A stretch of 64,000 nucleotides of DNA from a virus. Lineage: Duplodnaviria > Heunggongvirae > Uroviricota > Caudoviricetes. The position numbers were made by a program, and so were the translations under genes. Each line of letters begins with the position of its first letter. Positions within the stretch are counted from its first letter, which is position 1. The DNA lies in IMG/VR virus record IMGVR_UViG_3300015615_000629, positions 432,711 through 496,710 of that record, one strand, 5' to 3'. Shown piece by piece: positions 1 through 7,953 of the stretch. Under the pieces are notes generated by a model. It was given only the letters and a program-made list of their open reading frames with translations. It did no database searches and had not been told where the DNA came from.

Positions 1-660
1 ATCTTCATCGAAACTTTAATTAGGCCGGCATCTGCAATGTTTTTGTCATAAGTAGCGATTGGGTAAATGACTTTGTTTTTAATGACTTTGTTTTTAATGC
101 TTTTGTCCGAATTGATCCCCATTTCTAATAGTTCGGATTCATTAAATACCAAATGAACAAAAGCTTTATTTATTTGTTGATATAAATGTCCACCATGCCG
201 GCCACACCAAGGATGACATCTTAAATAAATTCTACCATTGTTCGCTAATAAAGATTTGGCATCTTTTAAAACCTGAACAGGGTCTTGCGAATGGTCTAAG
301 ACATCATACATTAAAATAATGTCATATGGCCCTCCATTTTTAATTGTCTCTAAACAAATTGACAAAAGAAAATTTTCTTGCTTTGTTTCCCAAACAAAAT
401 TTCGAGAATTCTGAATGTCGTATCCTGCGGAAAAAAGTGCTTGGGATGAAGCATATTTTGCCATATGCCCTTCACCACAACCAAAATCTAGGAATTTTTT
501 ATCTTTTAAAGAGCCATCTATAATAAAGTCGATTACTCCTTCTGCTCTTTCTGTTTTGTCTGCCTCGGAATTTTCATCGCAGATTTGGGAGTCCGAAATG
601 GCTTTAGGCCAATCTTCTGACTTCAACAGTCTCTTTAATTCATCAAATTCTGTAACCATG
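1..660 (-). CDS. Class I SAM-dependent methyltransferase; ATG at 660, runs off the window start
   Basis: The reverse complement of 415-660 translates to ...DKKFLDFGCGEGHMAKYA... (motif I), followed by an acidic motif II, ILMYDVLDH. It is antisense to the spurious + ORF 415..738. No stop is reached before position 1. Confidence 0.65.
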
Positions 661-670
661 TCCACCTCTA

Positions 671-1318
671 TTATAGTTTGGGGTATAAAATATCTGTTCT
701 CTCAAAAACTTCCAACTTTCCGCCAACCGTGGCATTAAAAACTTTTCTGTTGTGTGCCTTGTAATGTTCATCAATGTCTTTGTATATTTGGAACGGCTTT
801 CTCCAATCAAATCTAGGAAAATTGTCGGCTTGGCTGCCATCAAAATGATGCTGGCCCGAGTAATCGCAATCACATCCAACAAGATAAACCGTTTTGAACC
901 CCATATAAAAAGCCACTTCCAAGCAAAAAGTTATAATTGTTACGCCTGCGAAAGCCCCATTTTTTAAACTCCCCCATCCTGTGTGTTTGTTTTTATTGAA
1001 AAAATCAAGAGCTGGTATTTGTATCGCATCCGGATGGAATTCTAACCCATGTTTGAAAAACACTAAGTTGTTATCTTTAACGAACTTAAGTATGCCTTCT
1101 TTGTGGTTTCTCCAAACAATCGGGTCTGAAACACAAAAGTAGGTGCCCTTCAAGCCAAAATTATTCTTATACAAACCATTCGTTAGAAAACATATTTTGT
1201 CCTTCAAAAACTCAATATTCGTATTGTTCAAAGAAGGCCCTGTTCCTAGAATAAAGCAAGTTTCTCCGGAATGTAAATTTTTAAATTTTTTCAATTTTGG
1301 ACAAAAAGGAAACAACAT
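671..1318 (-). CDS. DUF115/Maf-like (MptE-like fold) putative nonulosonic-acid glycosyltransferase
   Basis: Motifs CFILGTGPSL...FLTNG...GVTIITFCLEVAFYMGFKTVYLVGCDCDY are typical of PF01973 motility-accessory-factor-type transferases. ATG at 1318-1316 was chosen; the track's longer ORF to 1600 would overlap the conserved N-terminus of the divergent gene. Confidence 0.55.
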   Translation of the reverse strand: MLFPFCPKLKKFKNLHSGETCFILGTGPSLNNTNIEFLKDKICFLTNGLYKNNFGLKGTYFCVSDPIVWRNHKEGILKFVKDNNLVFFKHGLEFHPDAIQIPALDFFNKNKHTGWGSLKNGAFAGVTIITFCLEVAFYMGFKTVYLVGCDCDYSGQHHFDGSQADNFPRFDWRKPFQIYKDIDEHYKAHNRKVFNATVGGKLEVFERTDILYPKL

Positions 1319-1976
1319 GATTATCGCAATAGTTCCAATGAAGGAAAATAACGAGCGATTGCCCAACAAAAATACCCTATTGTTAGGCGATAAACCCCTC
1401 TGTTGGTATCTATTAAACTCCCTAAACAACTCAAAAGTAGATAAAATTATTGTGGATGCAAATGGAGACTCAATCGTAAAAGCCGTCCAATCCTTAAATT
1501 TGTCGAAGATAGAGATTAGCGTTCGCCCTCCAGAATATTGCGATCCAAAGCTCGGCGGAAACGAACTTCTTAAAAGATTCGAGATGAAGCCCGAAAACAC
1601 TTACCTGCAATGCCATGTAACTTCGCCTTTTGTCGGTTCAGGTGTAATCAATGATGGATTGGAGGAAATGGACGAGTCTTTGTTTTCAGTAACAAAAATT
1701 CATCAAAGAGCGTGGAACCTATATAGGGAACCTTTAAACCATACTATTAATGGGCCTACCCAAAGAACTCAGGATATGGAGCCCATCTTTGTGGAAAATG
1801 GAGCTTTCTTCATGTTTACTGGAAAATTCTTTTTAGAGAATCAAAAACGCAATACAGAAAAGAGTCAACGTCTCGTACTTTCCTATCCGGAAACCATAGA
1901 AATTGATTATTTAGAAGATTTAGAAACAGCAAAAGCATACATAATGTATGCAGAATTTATGGCTTCAAAGAGATAA
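1317..1976 (+). CDS. Acylneuraminate cytidylyltransferase family (CMP-nonulosonic acid / CMP-sugar synthetase)
   Basis: MIIAIVPMKENNERLPNKNTLLLGDKPLCWYL and LQCHVTSPF match the NeuA/KdsB-type CTP_transf_3 N-terminus and its TSP motif. An AAAGGA SD sits upstream. The start ATG 1317-1319 shares the CATG tetranucleotide with the divergent gene's start. Confidence 0.75.
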   Translation: MIIAIVPMKENNERLPNKNTLLLGDKPLCWYLLNSLNNSKVDKIIVDANGDSIVKAVQSLNLSKIEISVRPPEYCDPKLGGNELLKRFEMKPENTYLQCHVTSPFVGSGVINDGLEEMDESLFSVTKIHQRAWNLYREPLNHTINGPTQRTQDMEPIFVENGAFFMFTGKFFLENQKRNTEKSQRLVLSYPETIEIDYLEDLETAKAYIMYAEFMASKR

Positions 1977-2394
1977 AGCAGAAAGCGTAAGAGACCTGTT
2001 TTTCTCACTATTACCATTCGAAGATGATGCAGAAGAAAGAGATTTTTCAGATTTAGGAATTGAGAAAAATCTTTATTTAAAAGGAATTCAGTTTTATTGC
2101 GATATAACAGCAGGATTTGACTTTGACACATTAATCTGTGGTGAAGATTTCCTTAATCTGTTGGAATTAACTGGATTGCTTACAAAACAAGATGATAGAT
2201 TCATAACCCATCCAGATAGTATTGACTATATCTCCTATCATGGAACCATAAACGAATCTATTACCGCCGACGTTTATACCGTTGATCCCTACAGTGAAAT
2301 TGTTCACCTGGGAAGTGTCGGAGACACTAAACCCAAATTCTGGTCGTATGTTCGTGTTTCCAATATTCCGGATGTATATCGAAGGAAAAATTAA
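1948..2394 (+). CDS. Hypothetical protein
   Basis: ATG-initiated ORF that overlaps the previous stop by 29 nt. No motif recognised. Confidence 0.4.
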   Translation: MQNLWLQRDKAESVRDLFFSLLPFEDDAEERDFSDLGIEKNLYLKGIQFYCDITAGFDFDTLICGEDFLNLLELTGLLTKQDDRFITHPDSIDYISYHGTINESITADVYTVDPYSEIVHLGSVGDTKPKFWSYVRVSNIPDVYRRKN

Positions 2395-2398
2395 TGAA

Positions 2399-2704
2399 AT
2401 GGATGTCAACAAATTCTTGGAAAGAATCTATCAATTAGTATATTTGGAAAAAATTGAAGCAGCCGTAGATACCATTTTTGACCAAATACAGTATCTAATG
2501 GATATCGGAAGAACCGATCTCTGCGATATCCTCTTAGGACACGCCGAACCAAATAAACTCCAAACCGACTCAATCGTGGCTTTTTTGACGACCACCAAGA
2601 CACTCAAAACAGAAAATCGACATATTTTTATAGAAAAAGCCAAAATTAGGATTGGAGAAATAAAAGGCAAAGAATATGCCGAAGAAATCCTGAAAAAATA
2701 CTAG
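2399..2704 (+). CDS. Hypothetical protein
   Basis: ATG at 2399 lies just after the upstream stop (TAA 2392-94). The track's ORF starts earlier, at 2282. Confidence 0.35.
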   Translation: MDVNKFLERIYQLVYLEKIEAAVDTIFDQIQYLMDIGRTDLCDILLGHAEPNKLQTDSIVAFLTTTKTLKTENRHIFIEKAKIRIGEIKGKEYAEEILKKY

Positions 2705-2712
2705 ATTAGTAC

Positions 2713-3048
2713 ATGCTTAAGAACACTTGGCTTCATGTCCGTATTGAATACGACTTTCAAGAAAATTACGAATGGCTCGATTCCTATGCCAAATTAAAGA
2801 GCACATATCTTTGTTTGGAGAAACCCTTTTTCCCTTCTCCTGAAGATTTTCATATTGCAAATACAGATAATGGGATGTATACAATACAATTACATGCTAG
2901 CGATCCAGAAAGCGGACGGATTGGTAATTTGGCATGGCCGCCATTAATTAACATTGATGGCAAACAAAAAACCTTCATGTTCTCCAACAAAAATAGAGAC
3001 ATTAAGGAAATGTTTGCCAAATTTGGAGAAACGCGGGTTTACTCATGA
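2713..3048 (+). CDS. Hypothetical protein
   Basis: ATG-initiated ORF, tightly packed in the same-strand gene array. Confidence 0.4.
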   Translation: MLKNTWLHVRIEYDFQENYEWLDSYAKLKSTYLCLEKPFFPSPEDFHIANTDNGMYTIQLHASDPESGRIGNLAWPPLINIDGKQKTFMFSNKNRDIKEMFAKFGETRVYS

Positions 3049-3260
3049 TTGCTATATCCTTTATAACGCTCTTTGCTTTGGTTGGAGTCCTTTCTTTTTG
3101 GGCGTTATTGGCACGGTCTATTATGATCAGCCTCCAAAGGCAAATCGATGAAGCTAACCAAGAAATCGACAGATTAAAGGAATCCGCTAACGACCCAAAA
3201 GTTAATTTAGATAAGATAAGAATAGCGTTGAATCATATGCACGAGAAAAATATGGAATAA
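3045..3260 (+). CDS. Small membrane-anchored coiled-coil protein
   Basis: ATGA overlap with the upstream stop. There is an N-terminal hydrophobic helix, IAISFITLFALVGVLSFWALLA, followed by a charged coiled-coil. Confidence 0.4.
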   Translation: MIAISFITLFALVGVLSFWALLARSIMISLQRQIDEANQEIDRLKESANDPKVNLDKIRIALNHMHEKNME

Positions 3261-3262
3261 TT

Positions 3263-3517
3263 ATGGAACATCAAAAGTTTAGAAACTATATGGCTGAAAA
3301 GGGTTATGAATTAAGGCCCGATGAAGCAAAAAATATTCTCAGTATTACAAAGAATTTTTGCAAATCTGTTTGCATGCTTAGCGAGGAATCCTTCTTGGAA
3401 ATGTTTGATGAAGATTCTGAAACCATTAAAAATCTTCGAGAAACAGGCTGTAACGAACAGCAAATCAGTGATTTTAGGAGGCTTTTAGTCACTGCGAGGG
3501 CTCAAAAACCCTACTAA
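3263..3517 (+). CDS. Hypothetical protein
   Basis: ATG-initiated ORF with no overlap. Confidence 0.4.
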   Translation: MEHQKFRNYMAEKGYELRPDEAKNILSITKNFCKSVCMLSEESFLEMFDEDSETIKNLRETGCNEQQISDFRRLLVTARAQKPY

Positions 3518-3572
3518 AAAATTGTAAGATCTAGCTGGATATATAAGGTGTCTAAAAAGGAATTTGACACCT

Positions 3573-4586
3573 ATGAAACCTAAAATTCTATTCATTTGCA
3601 AGAAAAGACTCAGCAGCTACGGAATTTCAGTCGGACTTTCAAATTCCGCTAAATTTGCTGCTAATTATTTAAATAAACACGGTATCGAAGCCAAAGTTGT
3701 CAACGTTGTCGATAACAACTGCATCGACCGTGAAGTAACCACCTATAACCCAACCCATGTAATTATTGAAGCTCTCTGGGTTGTGCCTCCTAAGTTTGAA
3801 ATCCTACTTCCTTTGCATAAAAATAGGAAGTGGTATGTCAGAATCCATAGTAAAGCCCCCTTCCTTGCCGGTGAAGGTATCGCTATGGATTGGATTAATG
3901 GTTATCGAGAAATTCACCAAAAACATAAGAACTTCCACATTTCCTGCAATAATTCAGAATTTAATGACGAATTAAACACCATTTTCCCAGACCTATGCAG
4001 CGTTTATCTGCCCAATGTCTACTGCGTCGAGGGAGAAGTTGAACAACATTGCCACCGCCATCACCACGATGTAAATATCGGTTGCTTCGGTGCTGTTAGA
4101 CCACTTAAAAACCAGTTAATTCAGGCTATGGCCGCTATCGCCTTCGCTGATGAAAATAACTTGAAACTTAAGTTTCACATGAACGGCGAAAGAATTGAAC
4201 ATGGTGAAAATATTATCAAAAATATTCGTGCTATGTTTGATGGAACCTGCCATAAATTAGTTGAACATCCTTGGATGCCGCATAATGAATTCCTTAAGTT
4301 GGTAGCCAAAATGGACTTAGGACTACAAGTAAGCCTTTCGGAAAGCTTTAATATTGTGAGTTCTGACTTTGTTCATTGTAACATCCCCCTTATTGTTTCA
4401 CCGGATATTTCTTGGATGCCTTGTATCTTCCAAGCCAATCCGAATTCAATGAAAAGTATTGTTTCAAAATTAAATTTCGCTTATTATACAAAAGACCTAT
4501 ATACCCACAAGGCAGCCAGCGTTGCCCTTTGGTGGTATAACCAAAAGGCCGGATTCGTCTGGCAAGATGTCCTTGGACTTTATTAA
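3573..4586 (+). CDS. Hypothetical protein; possible GT-B-like sugar-pathway enzyme
   Basis: The track begins at TTG 3564. The first ATG is at 3573, with AAAGGA upstream. N-terminal KILFICKK...YGISVG is reminiscent of a GT-B/PseG-like beta1-loop, but no decisive motif is present. Confidence 0.4.
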   Translation: MKPKILFICKKRLSSYGISVGLSNSAKFAANYLNKHGIEAKVVNVVDNNCIDREVTTYNPTHVIIEALWVVPPKFEILLPLHKNRKWYVRIHSKAPFLAGEGIAMDWINGYREIHQKHKNFHISCNNSEFNDELNTIFPDLCSVYLPNVYCVEGEVEQHCHRHHHDVNIGCFGAVRPLKNQLIQAMAAIAFADENNLKLKFHMNGERIEHGENIIKNIRAMFDGTCHKLVEHPWMPHNEFLKLVAKMDLGLQVSLSESFNIVSSDFVHCNIPLIVSPDISWMPCIFQANPNSMKSIVSKLNFAYYTKDLYTHKAASVALWWYNQKAGFVWQDVLGLY

Positions 4587-5200
4587 TGAGTTTCAGATTA
4601 TTTGTAGAGAAAACTTCTACATCCTATAGTTTTTCGTCGCTCCAATTCGACCTGCCGCAATTTCTGGCAGATAAAGTAATGGATTGGGGACAAAAACACA
4701 TCCCAGAAAAGAATGTCTTCACGGCCGAAAACAAATTTGGTCGTGAAGATAATATCCATCTTACCGTTCTCTACGGTATCCACGCCCAAGAACCACATAG
4801 AATTGTTAAGATTCTAAGAAGTTATCCTCAATTTAATATAAAGCTAGGCCCAATTTCACTTTTCACCACAGACGAACGTTTCGATGTTCTTAAAATCGAT
4901 GTCAAAAGTGAAGATTTAATGAAGTTAAATAAATTCATAAGAGACAGTATTCCGTACTCTACTAAGCATAAATCCTACCAACCACACATAACCATTGCCT
5001 ATATCAAAAAAGGCACCTGTAGGGATTTGGTAGGAAAACAGCCGTTCGATCAAGAGATAGAGGTTAAGAACCTTATCTTTAGTTCAAAGAACGGCTCAAA
5101 GAGCAAAATAAGGCTTACTAAGAGTAACTATTTACATGAAGCTTATATTGGCTATGGACTTAGTGAAAGACCAAATCAATGGTGTTTCAACTACAATTAA
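4586..5200 (+). CDS. 2H phosphoesterase superfamily protein (LigT / Acb1-like)
   Basis: Two H-x-T-x motifs, HLTVLYG and HITIAYI, lie about 90 aa apart, the hallmark of 2H cyclic phosphodiesterases. ATG at 4586. Confidence 0.6.
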   Translation: MSFRLFVEKTSTSYSFSSLQFDLPQFLADKVMDWGQKHIPEKNVFTAENKFGREDNIHLTVLYGIHAQEPHRIVKILRSYPQFNIKLGPISLFTTDERFDVLKIDVKSEDLMKLNKFIRDSIPYSTKHKSYQPHITIAYIKKGTCRDLVGKQPFDQEIEVKNLIFSSKNGSKSKIRLTKSNYLHEAYIGYGLSERPNQWCFNYN

Positions 5201-6137
5201 TGAACTAACTCCATACCTTAATGAACGTTTTGATGAAGTTAAAGTAATTTCCCCAAGCCTATTCAAAGTCTATAAGCCATATCTCTATCCGGAAGTCTCT
5301 CTGGCGTATGGTATTACAAATAGTAAACTTGCCGAAATAATTGGCCCAACTAAGTCCACCTGCATTCATATCTTTACGGAAGGCCCAATTGGACTTAAAG
5401 TTAGAAACTACTGCGTTAGAAATAAATTAAAATTTACAACTTCTTATCTCACACATTTTGCTGAACAGTTAAAGAACATTACGTACCTGCCAGAATGGCT
5501 CACATACGCCTATCTGCGTTGGTTTCATAGAGATTCCAACAAGATAATTGTGGCAACCAATACCATTAGAGACCATCTTAAAAGCAAGGGTTTCAAAAAT
5601 AAAATAGAACCATGTTCTAAAGGCGTAAACACCACGGTTTTTCATCCATATAAACGAGATAACACCACAAAGCCTTTAATCGCCTATGTGGGCAGGGTTT
5701 CTAAGGAAAAGAATATAGAAGCCTTCTTGGATTGTAAATTTGATTGTGATAAAGTAGTAATTGGCGATGGCCCATATAGAAAGACACTACAAAGCAACTA
5801 TCCGAATATTAAGTTCGTTGGTTATTTAAAAGGAAAGGATTTGGCTAAGGCATATTCCGATGCAGACGCAACTGTATTTCCTAGTTTAACTGATACCTTT
5901 GGTTTAACCATTATCGAATCGCTAGCATGCGGCACGCCCGTGGCGGCTTTTCCGGTAACTGGCCCTAAAGATATCTTAACTCCGGAAACCGGTGGTTTGG
6001 ATTGGGATATTGACGTAGCAATTTCCAAGGCTCTTAATTCCAATTCTCAGGATTGTATAGAATTGGCGGCTAAGTATTCATGGAGTGCTTGTGCAAATTG
6101 CTTCGTTAGAAACCTTATCATAACTAAAAATGGATGA
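5136..6137 (+). CDS. GT4-family (GT-B) glycosyltransferase
   Basis: VGRVSKEKN...VIGDGP...SDADATVFPSLTDTFGLTIIESLACGTPVAAF is the retaining GT-B E-X7-E region. ATG at 5136. Confidence 0.75.
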   Translation: MKLILAMDLVKDQINGVSTTINELTPYLNERFDEVKVISPSLFKVYKPYLYPEVSLAYGITNSKLAEIIGPTKSTCIHIFTEGPIGLKVRNYCVRNKLKFTTSYLTHFAEQLKNITYLPEWLTYAYLRWFHRDSNKIIVATNTIRDHLKSKGFKNKIEPCSKGVNTTVFHPYKRDNTTKPLIAYVGRVSKEKNIEAFLDCKFDCDKVVIGDGPYRKTLQSNYPNIKFVGYLKGKDLAKAYSDADATVFPSLTDTFGLTIIESLACGTPVAAFPVTGPKDILTPETGGLDWDIDVAISKALNSNSQDCIELAAKYSWSACANCFVRNLIITKNG

Positions 6138-6885
6138 TATAAGAAGTGTTTTTATCAGCGATGTACATCTTGGTTCATCTTATGCAAAACCTGATATTTT
6201 ACTTGAATTTCTAAAATCTGTTAAAAAACAAAAACCACTTTTTTTATACATTGTGGGTGACTTCATAGACGGCTGGAAAATGGGTCGTGGCTGGTGCTGG
6301 ACAAACACATCCACTCTTTTGATTAAAGAAATTTTAGATTTTGTCAATAATGGCACCCAAATTCTTGTCACCCCAGGAAATCACGACGAATTTATGCGTG
6401 ATTTTCTAGATACCTTCAAATCCCTTAATTTCGGAAATATAGAAATTAAAGAAGAATTCATCCACGTTTCCGCCACTGGCGAAAAACTTCTCGTTATGCA
6501 CGGCGACAGCTTCGATTTCGTAACTCGTTATGCTCCTTGGCTTTGCAAACTAGGCGATATTGGCTATGAAACCCTAATTATGTTAAACCATTTGATTGAC
6601 AAGATTAGGCGTGTATTTGGTAGAACCACCTATTATTCCATGAGTAAAGCCATTAAATCCAAGGTCAAACAAGCTGTCAATTATGTTGGCGACTTTGAAG
6701 CCTTCCTTGTAAAGTATGCAGAAGAGAAAGATTGTACCGGTGTAATTGCTGGACATATTCATACTGCTAACCTTAAGGAAATAAACGGGTTAAAGTATAT
6801 GAATTGTGGGGATTGGGTGGAAAGTTATACGGCAATTATCGAGAAGAATGACGGAACCTTTGAATTGTTTGATTACTACTCATAA
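6130..6885 (+). CDS. LpxH-like calcineurin-type metallophosphoesterase
   Basis: The full ordered motif set is present: ISDVHLG, GDFIDGW, GNHD, MHGD, GHIHT and NCGDW. It aligns with UDP-2,3-diacylglucosamine hydrolase family members. ATGGATGA overlap with the upstream stop. Confidence 0.7.
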   Translation: MDDIRSVFISDVHLGSSYAKPDILLEFLKSVKKQKPLFLYIVGDFIDGWKMGRGWCWTNTSTLLIKEILDFVNNGTQILVTPGNHDEFMRDFLDTFKSLNFGNIEIKEEFIHVSATGEKLLVMHGDSFDFVTRYAPWLCKLGDIGYETLIMLNHLIDKIRRVFGRTTYYSMSKAIKSKVKQAVNYVGDFEAFLVKYAEEKDCTGVIAGHIHTANLKEINGLKYMNCGDWVESYTAIIEKNDGTFELFDYYS

Positions 6886-6910
6886 ATAATAGTGAACATG
6901 GAGGTTCACT

Positions 6911-7543
6911 ATGAGTAAAAAGCGTTTAATCATTATTGTTGTAGTGTTTGTATTGGCTTGTTTTTGTGCCAAGACCTATGTCTTCGACCACAAAACACAG
7001 CCAATTCCTTCTATTCCTCATCATGAGAAATACGAACAATATGAGGAAGGCCCATCTTCTCCTTATGAATTACAGAAGATTGATCCTGTAATTGAGGAGT
7101 TGTTGGACGCCCATAATGCTGAAAGAAAGCGTCAAGGCAAATTAGAGTTAGCTGACGATCTTTGCGAAGCGGCTCAACAACACGCCGAATGGATGGCAAA
7201 ACACAACAATATGACCCATAAAGGATTTCAGCAAAGAATACCTTCTGGGTATTCTGGAGCAGGTGAAAATATTGCTATGGGACAGGATAGTGTTGAAGAA
7301 GTCGTAAATGCTTGGATGCATTCTTCAGGACACAGGGCTAATATACTAAATAGTAGCTTTAATTGTGTTGGATTTGGCGTAGCAGAATCAAATAACGGCA
7401 CTAAATATTGGTGTACAATGTTGGGGAACAAACAATGGACTTTAATGGATTCCTTGCAGAATCATCCTATAATCAATTATTTCAAAGAACTGTGGAATCA
7501 TTTCCTCAAACGACAGCCCGACAACACGCAACCCAGCAAATAA
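6911..7543 (+). CDS. CAP/SCP/PR-1 (YkwD-like) domain protein, signal-anchored
   Basis: GGAGG SD upstream. There is an N-terminal TM/signal, IIIVVVFVLACFCA, then LDAHNAERK, GENIAMG and AWMHSSGHRANILN motifs. Confidence 0.65.
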   Translation: MSKKRLIIIVVVFVLACFCAKTYVFDHKTQPIPSIPHHEKYEQYEEGPSSPYELQKIDPVIEELLDAHNAERKRQGKLELADDLCEAAQQHAEWMAKHNNMTHKGFQQRIPSGYSGAGENIAMGQDSVEEVVNAWMHSSGHRANILNSSFNCVGFGVAESNNGTKYWCTMLGNKQWTLMDSLQNHPIINYFKELWNHFLKRQPDNTQPSK

Positions 7544-7953
7544 AGACTTCTGGATTAGTAATTACACCGTTTTTGGGATTAAAGACGCTTTTCGTTAAAG
7601 CAATAGCACAAAATGAGAATCGTGAGAACACTGCTATCATTCTGTTTAAAAATATTGCTTACGACGGCAGCGGCCATAATCTGGTTCAATTTGTTGCTAG
7701 CGATGGTCATGATTACGTATTGGAGAGAATTTCGTTAGCAGAAAACGATGTTAATGTCCGTTGTACTTGTAAAGACTTCCAATGGAGATTCAATTATTTT
7801 GACCATCTAGACCATTCTCTATATGGCAAGAAGCGTAAGAAATATGAAGCCATTCATCGCCCTGGATCGGCAAACCCCAACGAAGCCGCTGGGGTTTGCA
7901 AACACATTATGGCTTTAGTCGAGCATCTGAAGGAATCGGGGTTGATTGGTTAA
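7435..7953 (+). CDS. SWIM zinc-finger protein
   Basis: CTCKDFQWRF...GVCKHIMALVEHL is a CxC...CxH SWIM signature. The track start is TTG 7408 and the first ATG is 7435. Either start overlaps the CAP-protein tail, so the start is uncertain. Confidence 0.45.
   Translation: MDFNGFLAESSYNQLFQRTVESFPQTTARQHATQQIKTSGLVITPFLGLKTLFVKAIAQNENRENTAIILFKNIAYDGSGHNLVQFVASDGHDYVLERISLAENDVNVRCTCKDFQWRFNYFDHLDHSLYGKKRKKYEAIHRPGSANPNEAAGVCKHIMALVEHLKESGLIG

Noticed and set aside
415-738. Track + ORF of 107 aa
   Set aside because: Serine-rich low-complexity translation. The opposite strand encodes a clean SAM methyltransferase with the LDFGCGEG motif, so this ORF is the antisense shadow.
643-967. Small ORFs 643..882 (-) and 752..967 (+)
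   Set aside because: They lie entirely inside, or antisense to, the Maf-like gene, and have no motifs.
671-1600. Long 309-aa form of the Maf-like ORF
   Set aside because: Its first 94 codons are antisense to the best-conserved N-terminus (MIIAIVP...NKN) of the cytidylyltransferase. The internal ATG at 1318 gives a normal-length DUF115 domain.
7408-7434. TTG start for the SWIM protein
   Set aside because: It overlaps the upstream gene by 136 nt, and the first ATG is at 7435. The true start remains uncertain.
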